NCBI GenBank assembly: GCA_044346375.1
Contig: JBIIZI010000001.1
Location: 1-42,276 of the forward strand
Direction of reading: 5' to 3'
DNA: 42,276 nucleotides
From: Crocinitomicaceae bacterium
GTDB taxonomy: Bacteria; Bacteroidota; Bacteroidia; Flavobacteriales_D; Crocinitomicaceae
This document shows positions 1-7,541 of the stretch, piece by piece. Position numbers and translations under genes: made by a program. How positions within the stretch are numbered: position 1 is the first letter of the stretch; every line of letters begins with the position of its first letter. The notes under the pieces were generated by a model, which was not told the DNA's origin, ran no database searches, and was given only the letters and a program-made list of their open reading frames with translations.

Positions 1-189
1 GGTGTCTTTCCCTTCTAATGTAGTGAGGTCTATCATGGAAAGTGCCATTCGCAAACCTTGTATTTTGGCTGCGCCTTTGATGCTGCGCGCTTGAATGCGA
101 GCAATGCGCTCTAGGGTTCCAATTTGATCTATGGAAGGTGACAGCGCAAGTAGGGAGGATAATTCTGGTTTTGAAAGGTTTCCAAGCAT
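1..189 (-). CDS. deoC: deoxyribose-phosphate aldolase, N-terminal 63 codons (the gene runs off the window start)
   Basis: Reverse-strand translation from the ATG (complement of 187-189) gives MLGNLSKPELSSLLALSPSIDQIGTLERIARIQARSIKGAAKIQGLRMALSMIDLTTLEGKDT. The MIDLTTL..DT block resembles the conserved DeoC N-terminal motif (E. coli LMDLTTLNDDDT, recalled from memory). It is absent from the ORF track because it is truncated. Confidence 0.5.
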   Translation of the reverse strand, partial: MLGNLSKPELSSLLALSPSIDQIGTLERIARIQARSIKGAAKIQGLRMALSMIDLTTLEGKDT

Positions 190-223
190 AACCCAAAGTT
201 AAAAAAACTTGGGTATGTAGGTT

Positions 224-568
224 TTAATCTTCGTCGTCGTCGGAAGGTTCGTCGTCGGCAAAATCGTCGTCGTCGTCCTCATCTTCATCATCATTGAGGT
301 CGTCGTCTTTGATGTCGTCTGGCTTATCGAAGTCGTCGTCGAAGTCGTCGTCTTCGACAACTGCCTTGGCTTTTGGCTTCACTTTATTGATTTTCACCAA
401 ATAAATAACTTCATCGGTTTCCCAAACCAAGGCATCTAGCACCTCGCCTGTAGGCGTTTTGATCGAAGTTAAGTGATTGATGTATCCGTCCGGGAAATCT
501 CGGAGAATTTGTTTTTTCTGCTCAATGGTCAGCTTGTCGTAACTGATGATTGCTCTTCTTTTTGACAT
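224..568 (-). CDS. hypothetical protein with a small N-terminal domain and a hyper-acidic Asp/Glu C-terminal tail
   Basis: 114-aa ORF. By my count, 31 of the last 45 residues are D or E. The tail is encoded by GTC/ATC triplet runs on the plus strand (about 230-360). A TAnnTTTG box lies 23 nt upstream. Confidence 0.6.
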   Translation of the reverse strand: MSKRRAIISYDKLTIEQKKQILRDFPDGYINHLTSIKTPTGEVLDALVWETDEVIYLVKINKVKPKAKAVVEDDDFDDDFDKPDDIKDDDLNDDEDEDDDDDFADDEPSDDDED

Positions 569-591
569 AGGATTGACAACTATTTACATGG

Positions 592-621
592 CAAAATTAT
601 ATTTTTTGATATTGTGGCAAA
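592..621 (-). promoter_or_regulatory. candidate Bacteroidota-type promoter for the acidic-tail gene (TTTG-N18-TAATTTTG on the minus strand)
   Basis: Plus-strand caaaatta at 592-599 is TAATTTTG on the minus strand, 23 nt upstream of the start codon at 568. A caaa at 618-621 would be the -33 TTTG, with an 18-nt spacer (the consensus spacing is 19-21). Confidence 0.3.
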
Positions 622-715
622 CAACAGATTAAAAAATCTTTAAAAAAATAATTTTCTTTTTCGCAATGTTGCGGATTAAGTCCTTAAATGCCAGCAGCCG
701 ACAAGCTTTTTTGAA

Positions 716-723
716 TACCTTTG
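716..723 (+). promoter_or_regulatory. candidate -7 promoter box (TACCTTTG) upstream of radA
   Basis: Matches TAnnTTTG and lies 18 nt upstream of the ATG at 742. I found no convincing -33 element. Confidence 0.25.
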
Positions 724-741
724 TTCAAACGAAAAGATTCC

Positions 742-2100
742 ATGTCAAAAGCAAAATCAGCCTTTTTTTGTCAAAATTGCGGTCATGAAGCAGCCCAATG
801 GCTCGGAAAATGCCCCAGTTGCAAAGAGTGGAATACCTTCGTAGAAGAGCGCACCGAAAAAACGCCTAAACACGTGGTGAGTTTTTCGAAATCGTCTAAA
901 GCACAACAAGCGGTCCGCATTCAAGAAGTCCAAAAGAGCGAAGAAAGCCGCATTGCACTCAAAGATTTCGAGCTAAACAGAGTACTTGGCGGCGGAATTG
1001 TACCGGGTTCGATCAACCTACTCGGCGGCGACCCCGGCATCGGTAAATCTACGCTATTGCTCCAACTCGCTATCAAAGAGCAACTCAAAGTTCTATATGT
1101 TTCTGGCGAAGAAAGCGAACAACAAATTCGCATGCGCGCCGAACGCCTTGGCCTAGACAACACCAACTGTTACCTACTCACCGAAACCAACCTTCAACAA
1201 GTCTTGGTACAGGCCGAGTCCATTCAGCCACAATTGCTCATCATCGATTCCATCCAAACCCTCTACACAGACAGCGTGGAAAGTTCGCCAGGTTCGGTGG
1301 TTCAGGTGCGTGAATGCACCGCAAACTTGCTGCGCTTCGCCAAACAAACCGATATTCCCATCTTTTTAATTGGGCACATCACCAAAGACGGCACCATTGC
1401 TGGGCCAAAAGTTTTAGAGCACATGGTAGACTCCGTCTTGCAATTCGAAGGCGACCGTCACCACATATATCGCTTGCTGCGCAGTATCAAAAACCGTTTT
1501 GGCTCAACCAACGAGCTCGGCATTTACAGTATGCAAGGCAATGGTTTATTGCCTGTAGCCAATCCGTCCGAAGTTTTGGTTTCCATTGGCTCTGAATCCT
1601 TAAGCGGCGTTGCTGTGGCTTCAATGGTCGACGGCATTCGTCCGTTGCTCATAGAGGTGCAAGCGCTTGTTTCCTCTGCAGCTTACGGAACCCCGCAACG
1701 GTCATCTACAGGTTTTGATGTCAAGCGCCTCAATATGTTGCTCGCCGTATTAGAAAAACGCTGCGGTTTTCGTTTGGCAGCCAAAGATGTCTTTTTAAAC
1801 ATCGCCGGCGGCATCAAAGTAGACGACCCCGCCATCGACCTCGCTGTCGCCATGGCAATCTTGTCTTCCAACGCCGACCTCGCCATTGATAAAACCATCT
1901 CTTTTGCAGCCGAAATTGGCCTAAGTGGGGAGCTCCGACCTGTAAATAGGCTCGAACAGCGCCTAGGCGAACTCGAAAAACTCGGCTACAAAAAAATTAT
2001 CGTGTCCAAATATTCGAAAGGAATCAAAGGTCACAAACACCAAATTGAAATCATCCCTTGCACCAAAATAGAAGAAGTGGTGCGAGCGGTATTTGCTTAA
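742..2100 (+). CDS. radA: DNA repair protein RadA/Sms
   Basis: N-terminal zinc finger CQNCGHEAAQWLGKCPSCKEW, Walker A GGDPGIGKST, the RadA-specific KNRFG motif and a Lon-protease-like C-terminal domain. The ATG at 742 is preferred over the TTG at 721 given in the ORF track. Confidence 0.93.
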   Translation: MSKAKSAFFCQNCGHEAAQWLGKCPSCKEWNTFVEERTEKTPKHVVSFSKSSKAQQAVRIQEVQKSEESRIALKDFELNRVLGGGIVPGSINLLGGDPGIGKSTLLLQLAIKEQLKVLYVSGEESEQQIRMRAERLGLDNTNCYLLTETNLQQVLVQAESIQPQLLIIDSIQTLYTDSVESSPGSVVQVRECTANLLRFAKQTDIPIFLIGHITKDGTIAGPKVLEHMVDSVLQFEGDRHHIYRLLRSIKNRFGSTNELGIYSMQGNGLLPVANPSEVLVSIGSESLSGVAVASMVDGIRPLLIEVQALVSSAAYGTPQRSSTGFDVKRLNMLLAVLEKRCGFRLAAKDVFLNIAGGIKVDDPAIDLAVAMAILSSNADLAIDKTISFAAEIGLSGELRPVNRLEQRLGELEKLGYKKIIVSKYSKGIKGHKHQIEIIPCTKIEEVVRAVFA

Positions 2101-2103
2101 GCC

Positions 2104-2778
2104 ATGCCAAGACTGATCCTCGTCCCTACTCCTATCGGCAATCTCGAAGACATCACGCTTCGTTCGCTGCGCATTTTGCAAGAAACACCCCTCATTTTTG
2201 CCGAAGACACACGTGTTACAAATAAACTCTTGAATCATTTTGAAATCAAGAAAAAAGTTTTGGCTTTCCATGCCCACAACGAACACCGCTTCCTCGACAA
2301 AACCATTGAGCTCATCCAACAGCACGAATTTTGTGTACTCGTTTCTGATGCGGGCACACCCGGCATTTCAGACCCTGGATTTTTATTGGTAAGGGCTTGT
2401 GTTCAGGCAGGTATTGAAGTCGAATGCTTGCCCGGCCCAACTGCATTTGTTCCAGCATTGGTTGCTTCTGGCTTTCCTTGCGATAAATTTGTTTTCGAAG
2501 GCTTCTTACCCCATAAAAAAGGACGCCAAACACGCATTCAAGCATTGGCTCAAGAAAACCGCACAGTTGTTTTGTACGAGTCGCCGCACCGCATTGCCAA
2601 AACACTCGGCCAGATGTGTGAATGGCTTGATCCTCAAAGAGAAGCATGTGTGGTCAGGGAAATCAGCAAGAAATTTGAGACCTATCACCGAGGAACATTA
2701 GCCGAACTCCAAACCTATTTTGCAACCCACGAAGCCAAAGGAGAAATCGTATTGCTCTTGAAAGGAAACACCGAATAA
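2104..2778 (+). CDS. rsmI: 16S rRNA (cytidine1402-2'-O)-methyltransferase RsmI (tetrapyrrole-methylase fold)
   Basis: LILVPTPIGNLEDITLRSLRIL N-terminus, SDAGTPGISDPG and ESPHR motifs. The 224-aa length is typical of RsmI. Confidence 0.88.
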   Translation: MPRLILVPTPIGNLEDITLRSLRILQETPLIFAEDTRVTNKLLNHFEIKKKVLAFHAHNEHRFLDKTIELIQQHEFCVLVSDAGTPGISDPGFLLVRACVQAGIEVECLPGPTAFVPALVASGFPCDKFVFEGFLPHKKGRQTRIQALAQENRTVVLYESPHRIAKTLGQMCEWLDPQREACVVREISKKFETYHRGTLAELQTYFATHEAKGEIVLLLKGNTE

Positions 2779-2798
2779 TTGCGGCTTTTTCGCTATTT

Positions 2799-3923
2799 TT
2801 GAAGGTGCAATTTCAGCAAATCATAGGTCAAACAACCCTTAAGCTAGAGCTCATTCGCGAAATCGAATCGGGCAAAATTGCACATGCCCAATTGCTACAA
2901 GGCCCCGCAGGCCATGGTGGGCTTCCGCTCGCATTGGCATTTAGTCAGTATTTGTTTTGTACAAATCGCCAAGCCAGCGACAGCTGCGGCCAATGTGCTT
3001 CCTGTCAGAAAGTACAACAGCTCCAGCACCCCGACCTCCATTTTGTATATCCTGTGGTGCAAAGTATTGGCAAAACTTCCGATCTTTTTTTAGCCGACTG
3101 GCGCGCACAACTTCAACAAAATCCTTATTTCGATTTATTTCAATGGACCGAACGCATCGATAACAAAATGCGCAAACCCATAATCGGTACCGAAGAAAGC
3201 AAAGAAATTATTCGCAAACTCAACTTCAAAGGATACGAAGGTGGCTATAAAGTCATGGTCATTTGGCAACCCGAAGAAATGAACGCCGATTGCGCCAATA
3301 AACTGCTCAAAATTCTAGAAGAGCCACCAGCGCAAACACTTTTTTTGTTGGTCAGTGAAGACGCCAGCAAGCTCATGATCACCATACAGTCCAGAACCCA
3401 ACTGATACGCGTCCCTAAAATAAGTTCCGAAGACCTCAGTACTTATCTGCAACAAACCAAAAATCAAACCCGTACCAATGCAGACGCAGTGGCTGCGTTT
3501 GCCGATGGTTCGTTTTTAGCTGCACTTGCCTACCTCGAAACCTCAGATAACCAAGACCAGCAGCGCAATCAGTTCATCCAACTCATGCGCGTTTGCTACA
3601 AAAAAGAAGTGCTCGCCATGATGGATTGGGCCGATGAACTCGCTGCAATTGGCAAGGAAAGACAAAAGCTGTTCATCCAATACACCCTTCATATGTTGCG
3701 CCAAAGTATCCTGACCAACTATATGGGCGATACCCTTACCAAGGTTTCTTCAGAAGAAGCTGCGTTTTTAGAAAAATTTGCACCATTCATTTCTGGCAAC
3801 AACATCCGTGAGTTCATGACCACGCTAGATGCTGCCTATTACCAAATTGACCGCAATGCCAACGCACGCATCCTATTTACACAACTTTGTTTTCAAACAA
3901 TGCGCTACATCCATCAGGCGTAG
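2799..3923 (+). CDS. holB: DNA polymerase III subunit delta-prime
   Basis: AAA+ clamp-loader N-terminus with HAQLLQGPAGHGG in place of a true P-loop. Also the zinc module CGQCASCQKVQQLQHPDLHFVYP and SRTQLIRV (sensor region). The start is TTG or GTG; there is no nearby ATG. Confidence 0.8.
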   Translation: MKVQFQQIIGQTTLKLELIREIESGKIAHAQLLQGPAGHGGLPLALAFSQYLFCTNRQASDSCGQCASCQKVQQLQHPDLHFVYPVVQSIGKTSDLFLADWRAQLQQNPYFDLFQWTERIDNKMRKPIIGTEESKEIIRKLNFKGYEGGYKVMVIWQPEEMNADCANKLLKILEEPPAQTLFLLVSEDASKLMITIQSRTQLIRVPKISSEDLSTYLQQTKNQTRTNADAVAAFADGSFLAALAYLETSDNQDQQRNQFIQLMRVCYKKEVLAMMDWADELAAIGKERQKLFIQYTLHMLRQSILTNYMGDTLTKVSSEEAAFLEKFAPFISGNNIREFMTTLDAAYYQIDRNANARILFTQLCFQTMRYIHQA

Positions 3924-3967
3924 CTTTGACTAACTTTATTTATTAACTTTACCACAAAAAAAATCAA

Positions 3968-5146
3968 ATGGGTTGTGCGTCATGTAGTAGCGGTGGAGGA
4001 ACACCAAAAGGTTGTAAAAACAACGGCACATGCAGCAGTGGCGGATGCAATAAACTTGAAGTTTTTGACTGGCTTGCCAACATCAGCTTACCAGAAGGAC
4101 AAAGCACTTTTGATCTTGTAGAAGTCCGCTTCAAAAATGCACGCAAAGCATTTTACCGCAATGCGGACAACCTCTCTTTGCAAACAGGCGATGTCATTGC
4201 CGTAGACACCAGCCCTGGCTGGGACATCGGTGTGGTATCTGCCCTTGGCGAACTCGCTCGCATTCAAGTCAAGAAAAAAGCACCCAACCTCAAAGCAATG
4301 GAATGCAAAAAAATCTTGCATATTGCTACTCAAGAAGAAATCGACAAATGGATCAAAGGCCGTGGTTTAGAGCGCGAGCTCCTCACGCAATCGCGCACTT
4401 TTGCTCAAAACTTGCGCCTCGACATGAAAATCTCCGATGTCGAATACCAAGCAGACCTCAGCAAAGCAACATTTTACTACACCGCCGAAGGCCGCATCGA
4501 TTTTCGCCAACTCATTAAAGACATGGCCGATCGCTTTAAGGTTCGTGTAGAAATGCGTCAAATTGGCTCGCGTCAAGAAGCAGCACGCCTGGGCGGCATT
4601 GGCTCTTGTGGCCGAGAACTTTGTTGCAGCACTTGGCTCACCGACTTCAGATCGGTGTCTACATCAGCTGCCCGCTACCAACAACTTTCCTTGAATCCTC
4701 AGAAACTAGCTGGCCAATGCGGCAAGCTCAAATGCTGTCTCAATTACGAGCTCGACATGTACCTCGACGCCATCAAGTCTATGCCCAAAGCCGACGGCAA
4801 ACTTCAGACCGAAAAAGGCGACGCCATTCACATGAAAACCGATGTATTCAAACGCATCATTTGGTACGCCTACAAAGGTGAAAATGGAATGGTAGCACTC
4901 ACCCCTGAGCGCGTTGCCGAAATCAAAAAACTGAACAAAGACGGCGTCAAACCCAAAGACCTCGCCGACTTCGCTCAAGTCAAAGAAAAGGTAGAAGAAA
5001 TCGGGTATCAAAATGTAGTGGGCCAAGACAGCCTTACGCGTTTTGAAAAATCTTTCAACAACAACAACAATAACAAGAAAAGAAGACCCAATCGCAAACC
5101 TCGCAAACCGAACCCCGGAGGGCCAAAAAATGAAAAAGCTAATTAG
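3968..5146 (+). CDS. PSP1 domain protein (YaaT/RicT-like) with a Cys/Gly-rich N-terminus and a basic Asn/Lys/Arg tail
   Basis: N-terminus MGCASCSSGGGTPKGCKNNGTCSSGGCNKLEVFDWL, followed by a PSP1 C-terminal-type core (GSCGRELCCSTWL, CGKLKCCLNYE). Confidence 0.85.
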   Translation: MGCASCSSGGGTPKGCKNNGTCSSGGCNKLEVFDWLANISLPEGQSTFDLVEVRFKNARKAFYRNADNLSLQTGDVIAVDTSPGWDIGVVSALGELARIQVKKKAPNLKAMECKKILHIATQEEIDKWIKGRGLERELLTQSRTFAQNLRLDMKISDVEYQADLSKATFYYTAEGRIDFRQLIKDMADRFKVRVEMRQIGSRQEAARLGGIGSCGRELCCSTWLTDFRSVSTSAARYQQLSLNPQKLAGQCGKLKCCLNYELDMYLDAIKSMPKADGKLQTEKGDAIHMKTDVFKRIIWYAYKGENGMVALTPERVAEIKKLNKDGVKPKDLADFAQVKEKVEEIGYQNVVGQDSLTRFEKSFNNNNNNKKRRPNRKPRKPNPGGPKNEKAN

Positions 5147-5597
5147 TCTATTTGCACTCTTGGCTCTAGTACTTGCTAGCTGTACCAAAGAAGCCATCTA
5201 TACCAAAGCTTATCGCTTCAAAGACGAGCAATGGGCGCAAAATGTAAAGCCGAAATTTGAGGTCGACATCCAAGATACAACCCAACTTTACGACTTCATT
5301 TTTACCCTGCGCAGCACCACCGATTACGCCTACAACAACCTCTGGATTTTCTTGCGCACTACACCTCCTTTTGGTAAAAGCGTACGAGAACCCTACGAAA
5401 TCAAAATGGCCGATCCCAACGGCAACTGGATTGGCAACAAATCAGGAACAATTGTCGAGCACCAACTTGTTTTCAAGCGTCGCAAAGTCCCTTTCAAAGG
5501 CAAATACAAATTTGAACTCGAGCAAGCCATCACCGAGAAGCGCGTTTCAGAAGTATTAGATATCAGTCTAGAAGTTCAACCCAGCGAAGCAGAATAA
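5130..5597 (+). CDS. gldH: gliding motility lipoprotein GldH
   Basis: Lipoprotein signal MKKLISLFALLALVLASC and conserved NNLWIFL and ADPNGNWIG blocks typical of GldH. The ATG at 5130 is preferred over the ORF-track start at 5043. It lies 17 nt inside the PSP1 gene. Confidence 0.8.
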   Translation: MKKLISLFALLALVLASCTKEAIYTKAYRFKDEQWAQNVKPKFEVDIQDTTQLYDFIFTLRSTTDYAYNNLWIFLRTTPPFGKSVREPYEIKMADPNGNWIGNKSGTIVEHQLVFKRRKVPFKGKYKFELEQAITEKRVSEVLDISLEVQPSEAE

Positions 5598-6076
5598 TGT
5601 TGAAATTTCGCGCCTTGACCCCTGATGAGCTCTCCGAACTCGAGACGGAGTTCAAGCAATTTCTGATTATCAACGAACTCTACGACGCCGAATGGCGCAA
5701 TCTCGCAACCAAAGACCCGCATAAGGCCCAAGAATTCATCGACATGTTCGCCAATATCGTCCTTGAAAAAGTCTACAACAAACAACCTGGTTTATTGCAA
5801 ATTGGCAAGGACTTCATCACTGTTTTTGACTTTCAAGACGACGTTTGGAACTTCTATCACTTTCAGACCACCGATCCAAAGCTTCTCGCAGATTGCAACC
5901 CTGAAAACTTCATAAATTTGCTTCAAAATGCATGGGGGCAACTCAGCCTACACAAAGGATCTAAAAAAAGTTCTGAACACAAAGCCGAGGAGGTTTATAA
6001 CCTCATTTGCAAAGGTGCTTTACCACTGCACCACCCAAGTCTTCAGGATTTTCTGAAGTTGATTGCTGTGCTTTAA
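5597..6076 (+). CDS. hypothetical cytoplasmic protein
   Basis: 159-aa ORF whose ATG overlaps the gldH stop (TAATG). It has no signal peptide and I recognised no motif. Confidence 0.6.
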   Translation: MLKFRALTPDELSELETEFKQFLIINELYDAEWRNLATKDPHKAQEFIDMFANIVLEKVYNKQPGLLQIGKDFITVFDFQDDVWNFYHFQTTDPKLLADCNPENFINLLQNAWGQLSLHKGSKKSSEHKAEEVYNLICKGALPLHHPSLQDFLKLIAVL

Positions 6077-6107
6077 TCCTTCTTTTTTTACTTGGAAAGC
6101 ATCTTTT

Positions 6108-6139
6108 TTTGGACAATTGCGTTTATAGAACTAAATTTG
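6108..6139 (+). promoter_or_regulatory. Bacteroidota sigma-A-type promoter (TTTG-N20-TAAATTTG)
   Basis: TTTG at 6108-6111, a 20-nt spacer, then TAAATTTG at 6132-6139. It lies 26 nt upstream of the lipoprotein ATG at 6166 and fits the published TTTG-N19-21-TAnnTTTG consensus. Confidence 0.45.
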
Positions 6140-6165
6140 ATACATTATCACCTAAACACAAACGC

Positions 6166-6816
6166 ATGAAACTGACGCGCTTTGCCTTTTTAGCAACCCT
6201 TCTTTTACTGATTTCCTCAGCCTGTATTGAACACGAAGTCATTCCACCACCAACCAACAAAGTGGATTTAAATGCAAGTTTCATTGGTTATATCAACGGG
6301 ACACAAGTCGAACTTACGCAGAACGTTAACAACTACCTCGGTTTCGCATTAGATACCCAAATTGTAAATGTAGCGCCAATCATGTCTAAGGTAATTTACA
6401 CTTCGGGCATCGCTTCTATGGCAAATCTTCAAAACATCTCCATATCTTTTGGTTCACTAGAGTGGGATGCAACTGGCAGCACCACACCTACGCTTCCAAT
6501 GTTCAATGATTTCCACATGACCAACTCTGGCAACCCAGTGCCTTTCAAAGATGTAGCCACACTCGCAACAAACAGCATTAATGGTGTCCAAGTTTCATAC
6601 ACCGACAACACCGGTAAATTCTGGATTTCTCGCGAAACCGACCCGGGCCAAACAGCCAACTTTACCATTTTGAAACAAGCATCTGACGGCACTGGTGACT
6701 ACTCCCTTTTCGAAGTAACCTTTAGTTGTAAAGTTTGGTACGTCGATCCACAAACACTTGCTGAGGAGTCCATCCAAATCAATAACGCCAAGTTAAGAAG
6801 TTGGTTTAAGCGCTAA
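6166..6816 (+). CDS. hypothetical lipoprotein
   Basis: Signal peptide MKLTRFAFLATLLLLISSAC ends in a lipobox Cys. The ORF-track start at 6007 would overlap the upstream gene and lacks a signal peptide. Confidence 0.65.
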   Translation: MKLTRFAFLATLLLLISSACIEHEVIPPPTNKVDLNASFIGYINGTQVELTQNVNNYLGFALDTQIVNVAPIMSKVIYTSGIASMANLQNISISFGSLEWDATGSTTPTLPMFNDFHMTNSGNPVPFKDVATLATNSINGVQVSYTDNTGKFWISRETDPGQTANFTILKQASDGTGDYSLFEVTFSCKVWYVDPQTLAEESIQINNAKLRSWFKR

Positions 6817-6842
6817 GCGCTGTTGTAACAAGAAACGCCTGA

Positions 6843-7541
6843 ATGAGTGAAGCACTTAAAATAGCAATCATAGGCGACTACAACTTCACCTACAACTCGC
6901 ACCACGCGACAAACCTTTCCTTGGACCACGCTGCCGAGTTCCTAGAACTCGAAATCAACTATTATTGGATCAAAATCAACGAAGCCTTACAATTCAAAAA
7001 ACAATCATTCGAACAATACGATGGTGTTTGGGTTGCCCCTGGCCCCTATCTCAATCCATTTTTTTTAAACGGCGTATTTCGAAATCTTGCAGAACTTGAG
7101 ATCCCTGTTTTTTCGACTGGCGAGTGTTTTCGAATTTTTATTGATTACCTCATCACAGCCAACAACATGAATCCTTATGGCGAGAAGCTGATTTCAGAAA
7201 ACCTAATTAATAGTACGCATTTCGAGCGCATTGATGTGCAGCCAAAAACAGCTGCAATGGAAAAACTCTATGAAAACTGCAGTTCTATTGAGCTCAGCGC
7301 TACTCGTTATAGCATGTATCCGCAGCTCCTAGAGCAATTGGTCGGGCAATTTATTGACATTGAGGCCGTCAATCAGTTTGACGACCCAGAAATCATTACA
7401 CTAAAAGCACATCCATTTTTCTTGGCCACGAGTTTTTGTCCGCAGATTTCTTCTACCCGCGACCTACCACATCCTCTTGTGTACACCTTTCTGAAACTAT
7501 CGGCTGAAATTGCAGGCCTAGACTTACAACTCCAGGAATAA
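6843..7541 (+). CDS. stand-alone class I glutamine-amidotransferase-like protein related to the CTP synthase C-terminal domain; catalytic residues not conserved
   Basis: KIAIIGDY..., DGVWVAPGP and HPFFLATSFCPQISSTRDLPHPLVYTFLK align with E. coli PyrG IALVGKY, DGILVPGGFG and [29 protein letters not shown] (from memory). FHPE is replaced by FCPQ, and the GICLG nucleophile elbow is replaced by STGECF. Confidence 0.6.
   Translation: MSEALKIAIIGDYNFTYNSHHATNLSLDHAAEFLELEINYYWIKINEALQFKKQSFEQYDGVWVAPGPYLNPFFLNGVFRNLAELEIPVFSTGECFRIFIDYLITANNMNPYGEKLISENLINSTHFERIDVQPKTAAMEKLYENCSSIELSATRYSMYPQLLEQLVGQFIDIEAVNQFDDPEIITLKAHPFFLATSFCPQISSTRDLPHPLVYTFLKLSAEIAGLDLQLQE

Noticed and set aside
5057-5074. 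(AAC)n microsatellite-like run
   Set aside because: It lies in-frame within the PSP1-family gene and simply encodes the poly-Asn start of its basic C-terminal tail. It is not an independent repeat element.
4706-5197. 163-aa minus-strand ORF
   Set aside because: It is antisense to the PSP1 and gldH genes, with no motifs. It is a shadow ORF.
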